A stretch of 64,000 bases of DNA from a virus, in the IMG/VR virus record IMGVR_UViG_3300045988_096839, one strand, 5' to 3'. Below are positions 26,714-38,399 of the stretch, piece by piece; position 1 is the first letter of the stretch; every line of letters starts with the position of its first letter. Below the pieces are notes generated by a model, which searched no databases, was not told the DNA's origin, and saw only the letters and a list, made by a program, of their open reading frames with translations. A program made the position numbers and the translations under genes.

Positions 26714-28693
26714 TCATCTAAAATTTCTATATAATTTATTTACGGTATCTTGTGTAGAACCATAATTGAAAAACTCTTTCATATATTCCAACATTGCTTG
26801 ATCTCGATTATTCAAACGATTATCACGAGACATTGATTGCAAAGCTGTACCAAGTTGACTGAGATCAGTATTACGAATGGTTCGAGCAGCTGCTCTATTT
26901 TGAGCATCTTCTTCATATCCTCTATGGAATGCTTCAGTATTATATCTAGCCCTATCGTTATATATACCAATGTTTCTAGCTTTTCTTTCATTTTCAATAT
27001 TATTCTTCTGATTATATGCTTGAGCGATAGCTCTGTTTCTAGCAACTTGTGATTGTACGGCTTGTGCCAAATTAGCACTTCTACCAAACCCACCTGCCTA
27101 ATTAGCATTATATCTTGCAATAGCATTGGTCATATCTATTTCTCGTAATATTGGACTGATATCATAATCTACTGGAGCAAAATGTGGAGAATAAGTAAAT
27201 ACTCTTGCTTTTTCAGGATCACTATTATAAATGTTAGCCATTGGTCCTATTAATGCAGCACCATTAGTTAATATATCAAATAATGATCCATACGATCTAT
27301 CATTACCATTATTAGGATTAGTATTTCTCTTAGGAATATTTATTTTCCCAGGACCAGTATAAATATAATTATTTGTGAAATTATGGTCGCCTATTTTATT
27401 CTATACACTGTAACTCTATCCACTAATAGGTACTTCAATATTATGTAAAAATGAACTTCTAGAACGTACTGGAGCAACACTATTTGCTTCATCCGTAAAA
27501 GGAGTAGAAGATATGTCAAAGTAATCATGTACTTGTCCATACAGACCATCCTGAACATTCTTAACTACAGCATCTTCAAATGACATACCGGTTTTTAAAT
27601 TTCTCTGTATTTGTGGCAAATCGCTTAATGTTTTGTAAGCGTTATCGTAATTATCTTTGTTTTTTAAAAACGTACGTATGGATTCACCAGCTTGTTTATA
27701 CGCATTCTTATCAGCACTTTTGTACCAAGAAGTTGTAGCGCGATTTCTGTCATGACGTATATTTGGATTATAATTGGGGTTAACTCTAATAAACAACTCA
27801 TTAAGTTTATCTCTATCCTCAGCACTAGTAACAGGTTCTGGTAATCCAGGTGTACCTCCTGCATATTTACCAACTTTATTCTTTATTCCTCTTTTAGCTT
27901 TTACTTGTTCTTGTAAGGCAAGTAATTCATTATATTTTTTCTAATTATTACGATCATTTAGCATTTGTGTATTCTGCGCATAAATATCGTTTCCTTTTTT
28001 CTTACCTGTTTTCATATACTTTTTACCAGCTTGTGCAAAAGTTTCATTAGTTCCTGGAACTTTTAATTTATCACTTAATACCTAAGTTCCAACAGGAACA
28101 TTAACTAAATTACTATCTGTAGGTTTTCCTTGTTCAGGAATTTGACTTATTTCTCCATCTGGGGTTCTCATTAATTCACCATCATCCAAGTAAGCTAAAG
28201 TAGTTGGTAATATACCTCCGTAAGCAGCTAAAGAATAATCATTATCACCATATTCATTAGCCCATTCTTCTTGAGCAGCTGCAGTAGCGTTAGCATCAGC
28301 AATACCTTGATTCACCCTTCTCCATTGAGCTCTAACTCTATTTCTACTACGTCTGCCTTTAATACCTTTACCTTCGATATATTCACCAGTATCAGTATTG
28401 ACAGAATCAGATGTACCAACCATAGCGCCTATACCTTTTGTTAACATACCTGCAGCTTTACCAACTACGCTACCAATTGGACCAAAGGCACTACCTACTG
28501 TTTCTAATCCAGTAGCAATACCACCAGTAATAGCATCTGTTTTAGCATTTCCACTAGAAGGTATTAACCCGTTTCCTAAATCTAATCCTGCACCTACTGC
28601 ATTTCCTAATTTATTTAATTGACCAGTAGCTTTATCAATTAATCCTCCTAAAAAGTATGAATTTATATCTTTATTTTTTCTTATTCTTTTCAT
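26714..28693 (-). CDS. virion structural protein with a Gly-rich N-terminal region (659 aa)
   Basis: Track ORFs 26714.., 27416.. and 28082.. are in one frame, joined by 5 TAG. ATG 28691-28693 overlaps the upstream TGA (ATGA). Ends in TGA 26714. The N-terminal GxxG-rich stretch reads GNAVGAGLDLGNG...GIATGLETVGSAFGPIGSVVGKAAG. Confidence 0.65.
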
Positions 28694-31600
28694 AACATGG
28701 ACTATCTAAATGTTGTTTTTATTAAAGGTATTTCAATTTTTTTATCATCATTACAATCAAAAGTATATTCACATAGCATATATTTACCTCTCATTCTTGG
28801 TGAAAAAGATCTATTTAATATATCTTGTTCTGATTCATCAGAACTTCCCAAATCCCCTCTATCTTGTCTAGGTATAGGAAAACGATAAGTATCTTCTCTA
28901 CATTCTATATTATTATAATTTATTTCAAAACTGTCCTAAGTTTTAGTGTAACATTTTACAGAAGTAATAACTTGTGGAGAAGAATTATTCGGATCTTCTA
29001 TATTACCAGACAACCATTGATTATCAAACACTTTTGTATATTCAGGATTAGGATTAACTGCAAATGTCACTTTAGCAATTAAATCTTCTACATCAGCTTC
29101 TTCACCAAATGAATCATTTTTATAAAAATTAGTACCTCGTATAGTTATTAATCTATCATAAAACCGTAATCCCCAATCAGGAATATGTGAATAAAATGAT
29201 GTAAAACAATCAGATTGTTCATTATATATCAATGAATTACCTTTTGCTTTTAACCACAGTTCATTAGTTTTATCATTAAAAACAGAAGTAAGATTTATTT
29301 TACTAGTCTACGCTAATGAATTTAAGAACGTCTATACCTTTTTCTCTTTTGAGAGTATATGGAATCCATTACTGCCATATGAGCATATAACGTTTTTATT
29401 AGTATCATACCAATAAATACTTTGTGAACTAGATATAATACTTTTATCATTTACTATACCCGCACCATAATTCTAAACTATTGTATCAAAACGACTTAAT
29501 ACTCCACCAGTACCTAATACCAATTGTGCTCCACTCTAATCACTTATAAGCGATCTATCATCTACAGATAAAACATTAAACGCATTTTGTTGGAAAGCAT
29601 ATAAATTATTATTAAATACATTTAAACTAGTAGTAATACCATACTTAGCATCCAAATCCAATGTATTAGCAAACTTAGCTTTAGACCAAGAATCTATTTC
29701 TTCTCCAAATGATTTTTGTTCTGAACAATTTATGCGGTAATAATTGGTTTCGTTTGTAGAAATATTTTCATTCGTAGAACCAGAACTATAATTTACACCA
29801 CCATCAGATACAGAATAAGCTGAATTATATGCATACATCTGATAAGAATAAGTAATACCATTCAACGTAGTAGGATTAGTAAACATAAACCATCTATTTT
29901 TTGTTTCCCCTTCTATCGCTTCTGGTTCTGTGGAATGTTTTAAATAATAATCATCCCATCTAGCATAGCAATTTATAGTAGATTCTACAGGTAAGTATAC
30001 TTGTAAGTAGCGTCTATACCAGGTTGCTTCTTCCTACCAATCGTTTTTAGAAAACATAGATGCGTGCATATAATTAAATACTGTAAGATATACATCTCCA
30101 CCAAATATTACTTTACCTGTAGCAGCTTCATTTTCTTTTATGTATCCACCACAAGATATATAATTATTCGATGATCTGGATAAATAAGAGTTACCACCGT
30201 AAGGTGTAGCTCTTTTCTTAATATTACATAACAAAGTTACTACTTTTGGATCAGTATCTGTACTTAATGTTTTTGAAAAAGCATTATATAGTATATGATC
30301 AGCATTAACATCTGCTGATTTCATATTTATTAATTGATTCACACCAGCTATGCCAAAAGAACCAGAAGCAACAATAGTGTTTGTATAATTACCAGCATCG
30401 ATTGAATCAATATAACCGTCTTTAAAAGCTTGTATGCCATTATTATTTTGATTTGGTAAATCAGTTCTTGCTGTTTTAGTATTACCTATATCTGCAATAA
30501 AATTATTAGACTGCTATGTTTTAGATACTCCTTTGTTACTCTTAAATAAACTATTTGCTGATTCGTGTAAGAAATATTTCATTACACCACCTATGATACC
30601 AGTATTGTTATGGCTACCTATTACCAGTATAGGTTTATCTTCAGTATTTATGGTACCCATGGTAGATAAACCAGCAATAACATCAGATACTTCACTATAA
30701 TATGACATATCCTAAGTCATGAATCTACGTGAACTTCCAGAATTAAAATCTGATGTTAACTGATAAACTGGACACATATAACAGCTTTTATCAATTACTT
30801 CAGATTTATAGTTCGTGCATATTTCGGGAGACGCAAATGTTTTTAAATTTCTATTTACATTCCATCCATCTTTACCATGAAATATTACTGCGGTTATCTT
30901 ATGTTCTCTACTAACTTGAGGATATTCTCTCATCGTCGGTATATAAGGAGATCTAATGTCATTGGTACCGTTTGATATATCTGCATTAACATCACTGTTA
31001 TCAAAATCAACGTTTCTAAAATGTACTGTATTATTTAACATACCCTGCGCAACCACAGTTCTATCTGAATAAGTTCTATCACATCTTACTATTTCAGCAG
31101 CAACGGCTTCATCAGGAAAGTTTTTAATAGTGAATTTTACACCAAATGGTCTAGCTATCAATTCATATTTAGAATTAACATTAGTTATATCATTTGCAAA
31201 TGCAGCACAGCCATCAGTATCACCAGATGGAAATCGTATATCACATATCCAATGTACTGGGGTAGTAACATTATTTTTATTATAAAAAACAATACCAAAT
31301 CTATATACTTCATCACGTTGATATGATTGAAATTTAGCTGCGATGTATGGATTAGCATAGCTCAATAACTAATCACCATTTAACGATATAGATGTTACAC
31401 CTACGTTTGTTTTTAATTTTTTTATCGATATTGAAGACCCTGTAACATTAGCTGCTCCATTATACGAATCGTATAATTTACCATCAGCAGTATAAGAGTC
31501 TGTGATATGTGGTGATTCATATATTTCCCCATATACAATTTCAAAATCAATATTTGTGCCACTACCTCCATAAGTAATACCATCTTGTTGAAAAGCATAT

Positions 31601-32820
31601 TCATTATCTTCTCCGGAAGGATATACATCTAATACGTTCATAGGATTTATAGCGTCATCATCATATGGAATACTATCTATCTAACTAAATGAATAAGTTG
31701 TTCCATTACCATTAGAATCCTATAATAAACACTATTGATTTTTATTAAATCTGAAACTTCTAGTATCCCAATCTTTAGGTATATCCCAATCAGATGATTC
31801 TATATTTGCAAAGAACAGTCTGTTTTTAAAAGAAGTCATTATCTATGCTTTAAATATATACGGTATGATATCATTGAATTCTTCTTGAGTAACAGTAGTT
31901 AAGCTTTGCATTAAAGCATCTGTTATGGTATAATTTAAATTACCTTTTGATATTCTATCTTGTAGTATTATAGAAATCTCTGGTTCATTTAAATTATCTT
32001 TCCAAAATACTCGATATATTTTTATCTTATCAAACTGTGTATTATCAGCGATAAATCTTAATACTATACCATTTGATGTACTATAATCATCAGAGTATCC
32101 TTCTGCTTCAGCTGAATTGTATATATTATATTTGTAATTGTATATTATTTCAGAACCGGCAGATAATGCAGATTCTATACCAGTATCGTTATACAGTTTA
32201 TAAAAATACTAATATGCACCAGATTTTAGATTACCAGAAGTAAACGACTCTAAAGACAACGGTATCAATGTTGCTAAAGCATTACTATCGAAATATGATG
32301 GATTTTGGATTGGTTCTTTATCACCCCATTCTTCTTTGTAATCTGCAAGATTTATTATTTTTAAACCAGAACTAGAATCGTTTACATATAACTTATATAC
32401 ACTTTTTGTTTCATAGTTATATATCATACTAATATTCATATCCGCTGTTATATGCCATAATATCTTCATTACACATCTACAAGATAATTGTGATTTATCA
32501 AAATCACTCACCAAATAGATACTATTAATGGCATTACTATACTTATCCTAAGTAAGTAATATAGCGGTATTCTACAGAGTTTCATCATGGTAAGGATATT
32601 GAACAGCAATAGCATTTAAAATCTTTTGTGTTTTTAAAGCATCTATTTTTTCGTATTTCTTAATATAATCTATGTTTTGTAAAACACCGTTTGTACCATT
32701 AGTATTAGTAACCAATCTAATATTTTGAGCATATCGATACGTATTATTTGCAGCATAAGATACGTCTGTATCCATATCCATACCGCCTTCAAATGTATTT
32801 TTGTGTGAATTTATTTCCAT
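28690..32820 (-). CDS. large tail structural protein (1,376 aa), possibly tail hub / tubular-protein-B-like
   Basis: Eight track ORFs (28936.. to 32572..) are in one frame. I found 17 in-frame TAG and no TAA/TGA on hand translation of all gaps. ATG is 32818-32820 and the stop is TGA 28690. Size, position ahead of the cargo-sized proteins and the N-terminus FEGGMDMDTDVSYAANNTYRYAQNIRL suggest a tail tube/hub protein. The function is a guess. Confidence 0.6.
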
Positions 32821-33716
32821 ATCGAATTCTAATTTTTAATTACCTAACTATCCCCAGTAGTGCTTAAGAAAGTATCATAACTATCTATCTCCGGAACAAT
32901 AGTATGCCATGTTTTACTAATGTTTATTAAATCATTTTGATCAGGCATCATTGCTTCAGCATATGCTTGTTTACGATAGAAATTCCATGAATTCTTTGCA
33001 TCGTAATATAATCCTTGAGATTTTCTACCAGTAAAATATTCTATATATAACAATTTCATAGCTACATACCAATACAATGCTTCAAAGTATGATGGCTCAT
33101 CAGGTATCATAGGCATACCTTCATCATCAGTATATATACCATAATATGATATCTTTACATAACCATTTCGTACATTACTCATTAAATATCCTGGTTTAAT
33201 AATATACTAAGGTGTTATACTAAAATTAGTTGTATTACTACCTGTAGTATTACAAGTTGTATTTGTATTTAATAAGGCGCTTAATGTACAACGTAAGTTA
33301 TCTTCTTTATTTAAAATCTCTAAAGCCTCAGCATCAGTATTAATATTAAACATACTTTTTACCAAAGGAAATAATACTGTATCCTAAAATAGCATCTTAC
33401 ATTCTTCACAATTGTCTATTTTGTCATGAACCGTAAAGAATCCTGTTGATTTTTTCATAGGTATCCAACCGTTACAATTGCAATTAGAGTAAGCTACAAA
33501 ATCTATCTTTTCTAAATCACAAGGTAATGCTACCTAGTAATCTTTTATTTTTAATATTTGTACTTTGTGATCTAATTGAGTAACAGCACCTATCTTTTGC
33601 ATAGCTTCCCCTATCCATTGTGATATATCAGTTATCTTTATATCATTTTCATCTAAATCTAAGTCTGCTATTACTTTTGCAATTACAGCCTTAGAGGAAA
33701 CAAATCTATTTATCAT
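32811..33716 (-). CDS. late structural protein (301 aa), tail/neck region
   Basis: Track ORFs 32844..33182 and 33534..33716 are in one frame and the gap is open, with 5 TAG in total. The first non-TAG stop is TAA 32811, which overlaps the next ATG by 10 nt. Confidence 0.6.
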
Positions 33717-33718
33717 AA

Positions 33719-34189
33719 TTAATATTTTTCTTCGTAATCTGTAATCTTATTTTTAATTATAGTAGCTAATCTTCTCTTATTTGCTCTGGTTAGTACCAAC
33801 TAATATTTTGTTTTATTTGGAACCAGCATATCCTACTTGTTATAGTACATTCTATATTTGTAGAAATCACTATGTTCGTTTGTAAAAAATATTAATTTGT
33901 TATACTATTTTGTTGACTAATAATCTATTCTAAGACTACGTTTATCATAATACTTTGGTTTATTTTTAATAATCTATACAGAACCCATTCTGTATGGTAA
34001 TCTTACACATTTACCGCGTTCAATCAATTCATCTCTAAGATACTAAAAATAATCAGTTATTATCTTTCGATATAAAGAATAAGATATATCATATATAGTA
34101 TCCTATTCTATATCATCTAAGTATGAATTATAGAAAGCTGAAATAGTATAAGATTTTGTTTTATCTGCATTCTTTACTTTCTAATTCAT
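33719..34189 (-). CDS. hypothetical late protein (156 aa) with the densest TAG usage
   Basis: It is invisible in the track because 8 in-frame TAG cut it into pieces shorter than 60 aa. It runs from ATG 34187-34189 (ATGA overlap with the upstream TGA) to TAA 33719-33721. There are no CAA or CAG codons anywhere in the frame. Confidence 0.6.
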
Positions 34190-34827
34190 TGTTTAGCGTT
34201 TATATTTTGATTATCATCATTACTATCATTTGTAGTATCTGAAGGAGATGTTCTCATTACATTCAAATCTCTATCAAATATTAATTGTTTTATTGTAGAC
34301 CACATTGCTGCAGGTATCGGATATTGATCTGTATCAGGATCGTAGCATTCTTCTAATTCAGTAGGATCTTCTGCTATTACTTGAACTTGTATTTTCTCTA
34401 TTAAATTTGGTCCTCCTTGTACATAAACATAATCATCTTTTATATATGCAATATAATGACTACATGTAAATTTACGATACCTCTAATATTTCATTTTAGT
34501 TTCACTACCAATCTGAATAAGATTCCCAAACATATCTTTAATGGATACTACTCCGGTACTATAATTAAAATCAATAAGAGCTGGTAACTTTTTATCACTT
34601 TTATAAACGCAGTTACCGTTCTCATTGATTTTGTTAATATCCATTTCAATATACTAAGTATATAATGGATTTATAGTTCTGCCTTTATCTATATCCTATT
34701 TAATAAGCATGGCTCTATAAGTGTTAATCCATAGAGCGATCTACAATCGGCTTAATTTTTCAGATTCCCCAATCTGATTGTTTCTAGCTTCTAATAATAT
34801 ATCATCTATACATTCATTCAGTGTCAT
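34186..34827 (-). CDS. hypothetical late protein (213 aa), possible head-tail joining component
   Basis: The frame was reconstructed by hand from ATG 34825-34827 to TGA 34186-34188, with 4 TAG and no TAA/TGA. Coherent protein-like sequence, for example NTYRAMLIK.DIDKGRTINPLYT. The function is not established. Confidence 0.55.
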
Positions 34828-34941
34828 ATCATTTGTGTGTTAATTTTAAATATAAACGTATTTTATAGTATTTCGTAACATTATAATATAATCGTAATAC
34901 ACTAGAACAAATTATCAATAGCGTTTTATAATTGAACAGAC

Positions 34942-34972
34942 ATAAAAAAAAGGATTAGCTTAGCTAACCCTT
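34942..34972 (-). terminator. rho-independent terminator whose loop is the stop codon of the upstream gene
   Basis: The minus-sense RNA is AAGGGUUAGC-UAA-GCUAAUCCUU followed by UUUUUU. It has a 10-bp stem including one G-U pair. The UAA loop is the stop of 34960..35415. Confidence 0.65.
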
Positions 34973-35415
34973 ATTAAATCAGTTTGAACTGATTCATCTT
35001 TTATTATTTTATGTTCATCTTTTAGTTGATTAAGTATTGCTTTGCATTTATCCATCTCTTCTCTATATTTCTATATGGATTCAATCTTAGCCTAACATTC
35101 TTTATATTGCGTATCAACTAATGATATTAATTGTTGTTTATCAGTAGAAATAGTAAGACCAATAGTAGAATCAGTTATAATTGTTTTATCAGCACCAACA
35201 CTTATCTTCTTCTATATACCTTCACAACTTATATTCACATCAACTAATTTCTTCTTTAGCATCTAGGATAAATACTAATTGTTCATAGTATTATCATCAT
35301 ATGGAGCAGATACACTAATAACCTAACCTACATTATAGGTTGTGGTCTTTCGGAATGTTCCAGTATTTTCAAGTATATAGACAGAATCTCCAATTTTTAA
35401 ATCTTTAAATTCCAT
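34960..35415 (-). CDS. hypothetical late protein (151 aa), C-terminal coiled coil
   Basis: The frame was reconstructed by hand from ATG 35413-35415 to TAA 34960-34962, with 6 in-frame TAG and no TAA/TGA. Confidence 0.55.
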
Positions 35416-35434
35416 AATCATCATTATTAAAAAT

Positions 35435-35458
35435 AAAGGGGGCTTAACCCCCTTTTTA
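35435..35458 (-). terminator. rho-independent terminator (GGGGG/CCCCC hairpin)
   Basis: AAAGGGGG-CTTAA-CCCCCTTT. On the minus transcript it is followed by UUUAUUUUU. It sits about 10 nt after the TGA-TAA double stop of 35466..36224. Confidence 0.65.
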
Positions 35459-35465
35459 TATATTA

Positions 35466-36224
35466 TCAGGCAGCTGCACCACCTGTAGTCGTTGTAGTCT
35501 TCAATTGAGATATCAGATATTCATTTTGAGCTTTCTGTGATAATTCAAGACGTGCGTCATTATATTTCTGCTATAATTCAGCATTCCAATGACTATTCAA
35601 AGTATCTATAATTCTCTGAGTGTTATTGTTACCAGCATTCAGTAAGTCACAAGTTTGCTGTGCATTAGCATAACCAAGCTGAGAGAAACCAGTAGACAGT
35701 GCGTAATTCAAACCACTAAACCCTCTTGTCATTTCATTAGTAAGAGTATTAGTTTGGTTACAAGTAGCTAATTGCTGTTCATAACCCATCTTTAAAATAG
35801 ATTGCTGAGTATTGCAGCAACAGTCTTTTACAGCAGTAATAATACCACAATCACCAGTATTGATGGCATTAATAACTCTTTCAGCACTGAATCCAGTTTG
35901 AGCAGCTACATTCTGTATAGCAGACTGAACATTGCATATAGCAGCATTTAAAGTATTAAAATCACAGTTAAGGTTAGCTGCTAAAGTACTAACAGCGGAA
36001 GCATTACCTTTAATGCCATCCATAATCAAATTAGAATTCTGGTTATCTGACATTTGTGATGCCAATGCAGCGATTTGTGCATTCTCTGCACAATTTCCAT
36101 TATTTCCAAACCCAAATCCTCTTCCAAACAATGCTAAGAAGATAAGATAAATAACGTTTTGTGTTGCGAATATACCGTTTCCGTATATTCTCTTTATGTT
36201 ACCATAAAGACCAGACTATATCAT
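35466..36224 (-). CDS. membrane-anchored Cys-rich protein (252 aa)
   Basis: This is track ORF 35571..36131 extended through TAG 35571 down to TGA 35466, and up through TAG 36216 to ATG 36222-36224. The N-terminal hydrophobic segment is NVIYLIFLALFGRGFGFG. A CCC triplet and further Cys residues are present. The C-terminus is a coiled coil. Confidence 0.55.
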
Positions 36225-36278
36225 ACTATCTTATAAAGATAGCCCTCGCGCTTCGAGTTCACTTGAACCCTACTCTAC

Positions 36279-36962
36279 TCACTTCTTCGATTCTTTTGAA
36301 TCTATGCTTTCGATAGTCGTTGCTCCTTCCTTTTGGAACAAAAGGCTTGGATCATGATTGCCTCTTTTGAGGTTTTCCATGAATTCACGAGGTTTTAAAT
36401 CCGCTTGTAACATTTTTTCGTAACTGTTTTTATAAATCCAATAATAACCAAAAGCGGTTTTACATTTCGGATATTTAGATGATAAACACTTATAAATTCT
36501 ACTAGCCTTAGAAATATCAGTGACACTTTTAGCAGCTTCTATCCCGTTAACGTACATGTCTATATAATTTCCATGTAAATCTAATTTAACAATATAGTCT
36601 TTATATACCGGACTATTTATTCCTTTAACATTATACATAGGATTATTTTCACCATCCATATTTTTTCCTAAAACATATCTGCGATGCATTTGGTTTTCAT
36701 ATGGAGTACACCATTCTAAATTCCATACGCAGTTATTAGTTTTATCTCCGTTTTTATGATTTACTTGTGGTTTATTTTCATAATTTGGAATAAACGCTTT
36801 AGCTACTAATATGTGAACTAAATAACGTTTACCATTTATTGATACTCCACAATAACCACTACCGTCCTTGGTACTAGCTAGAACTTTGTTATTACTGTTT
36901 ACAACATAACCTAAATTACTTACATAACAACCTGTATTTTCAATTTGCTTTATTATTTCCAT
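36279..36962 (-). CDS. HNH homing endonuclease, free-standing
   Basis: NHKNGDKTNNCVWNLEWCTPYENQMH is a classic HNH core, with an N-terminal NUMOD4-like YVSNLGYV segment. It is an intact 227-codon ORF in the standard code with no TAG. Ends in TGA. Confidence 0.8.
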   Translation of the reverse strand: MEIIKQIENTGCYVSNLGYVVNSNNKVLASTKDGSGYCGVSINGKRYLVHILVAKAFIPNYENKPQVNHKNGDKTNNCVWNLEWCTPYENQMHRRYVLGKNMDGENNPMYNVKGINSPVYKDYIVKLDLHGNYIDMYVNGIEAAKSVTDISKASRIYKCLSSKYPKCKTAFGYYWIYKNSYEKMLQADLKPREFMENLKRGNHDPSLLFQKEGATTIESIDSKESKK

Positions 36963-37016
36963 AATTTATATTTTACAGATATAACGTAAATAAATTGAAT
37001 ATGTTACTAAAAATGT

Positions 37017-37169
37017 TCATTTGTTTAACGGATTATTCATCCATTGGTTCATACCCATTCCACCATTCATCATTGCCATAGCAGTAAGCGGACTGTTCAT
37101 GTTATTACTAAGTAATGCTGCGGTACCAGTATCAATACCACGGTCGATATAAATTCTATCGTCTATCAT
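37017..37169 (-). CDS. small ORF (50 aa), Met/Gly/Asn-rich
   Basis: Runs from ATG 37167-37169 to TGA 37017-37019 with no TAG. Sequence is MIDDRIYIDRGIDTGTAALLSNNMNSPLTAMAMMNGGMGMNQWMNNPLNK. There is only positional support. Confidence 0.3.
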   Translation of the reverse strand: MIDDRIYIDRGIDTGTAALLSNNMNSPLTAMAMMNGGMGMNQWMNNPLNK

Positions 37170-37197
37170 AATTATTATTGATTAATTTATTTATTGA

Positions 37198-37749
37198 TTA
37201 ATATTTTGAACCAAGTCTTTCACGCATAGGACTTTTACGATATTCATATTCTTTTTCATCATAATCATCGTCATATTCATATCTGCTATAACGAGGTCTA
37301 TGATTCATAGAATATCTTTGTCTTGGAGAATATTCATATTCATTATAATATTCTTCGTCATCCTCTTCGTCATCACGATATAAATCGCACATAACGTACT
37401 TATAATAATACCACATCTTTCCTTCATCAATATCTTTATCTTCCAACCATGCTTTAGCTAAGTCAACAAAGTATTTAATGTTATTAGAATGTAAAGTATT
37501 TGTTATAAACTTATAGTAGTCTGAATAAACCATATTCATCGCTACATACCAGTCATATTTATTATATTTACGAGGATTGAAAGATATACCATATTGATTT
37601 GCTACAGTAGTAGTATCATTAATAGTCCAATGCTGTCCTGTAGTACCATCCTCATTCTCCATCTTAGCTACAACTTTCATTGCGCATTCTTCAGTAAAGT
37701 GAGGACCGTACATACGTTCATGACGTTCAAACTTTCTTTTATCTTTCAT
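37198..37749 (-). CDS. hypothetical protein (183 aa), acidic Tyr/Asp/Glu-rich C-terminus
   Basis: Intact track ORF with no TAG. Ends in TAA. Starts 14 nt after the upstream stop. Confidence 0.55.
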   Translation of the reverse strand: MKDKRKFERHERMYGPHFTEECAMKVVAKMENEDGTTGQHWTINDTTTVANQYGISFNPRKYNKYDWYVAMNMVYSDYYKFITNTLHSNNIKYFVDLAKAWLEDKDIDEGKMWYYYKYVMCDLYRDDEEDDEEYYNEYEYSPRQRYSMNHRPRYSRYEYDDDYDEKEYEYRKSPMRERLGSKY

Positions 37750-37763
37750 ATAATTGATTTATA

Positions 37764-38393
37764 TTATTTATTGTCTATAGTTATCAATCTCGTTTCTTTT
37801 ACTTCTATGAGAGGATTGCTATTATGTATTTGATATTTATATACGTCTCTTTTCTTAAAATCAAAGTGTATCAAACGCCTAAACCAATTTTTATATTGAT
37901 TCTTATATTCTCTTTTATTTGATATAAAAAGCGTTTGAGTATTTTGTATACTAATTTTTGCAGTAAGGATTGAATCCTTTTTAATAATGATTAAGGAGGT
38001 TAATTCATTAGGTTTAATTTCTTTTTCAAAATCTTTATCACCTACAACGATTGTTGTATCTATATTTATTTCTTGATTCTGCGATTGAGCTTGCTTTAGC
38101 TCCTTATCTTTGATTTTTAGTTCTTCTTGAATATTTACAATATCCTAAATTATACTATCATTAGTATTCTTGAACTCATCTATTGTTAAGTTTAGAGTTC
38201 TAATTTCTTTATCTTTATCAGATAACTGTTCCTAATAGAATAGGGTATTATTTGTTATTCGGTCTATCTAACGGTTCTTTTCTTTAATCTGTTTACCCTA
38301 ATAAAAAATTATGGCAGCAAATATCGATATGATAATTACTGCCACAACTTTGATATTTTTCCAGAACCAACCGAAAATAGTTGTTAAAATCAT
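37764..38393 (-). CDS. spanin-like / membrane-anchored coiled-coil lysis accessory protein
   Basis: The frame was reconstructed by hand from ATG 38391-38393 to TAA 37764-37766, with 4 TAG. The N-terminal TM is ILTTIFGWFWKNIKVVAVIIISIFAAIIFY, followed by a long coiled coil. It lies directly downstream of the holin-like gene. Confidence 0.45.
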
Positions 38394-38399
38394 AATTTG

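Noticed and set aside
1025-31628. Other alternative-frame track ORFs: 1025..1459, 1508..1855, 2416..2742 and 3116..3310 (antisense to early genes), and 21461..21643, 25935..26129, 26812..27126, 27664..27873 and 31422..31628 (off-frame within late genes).
   Set aside because: Each lies wholly inside a longer gene with motif support or multi-fragment frame continuity. Their sequences are low-complexity.
4309-32820. A special nucleotide context after in-frame TAG (the +4 base).
   Set aside because: I tallied 83 sites by hand in five genes. A was most common, followed by T and G, and C occurred only 4 times. Codons starting with C are rare in this AT-rich genome anyway, so the depletion is weak. 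It needs a proper genome-wide test before any claim.
36241-36270. GGGTTCAAGTGAAC on the minus strand looks like a tRNA T-arm, so I considered it as a possible suppressor tRNA.
   Set aside because: No acceptor stem, D-arm or anticodon arm can be drawn in the flanks. The upstream flank is the HNH coding sequence. I saw no tRNA-like sequence in any other gap either.
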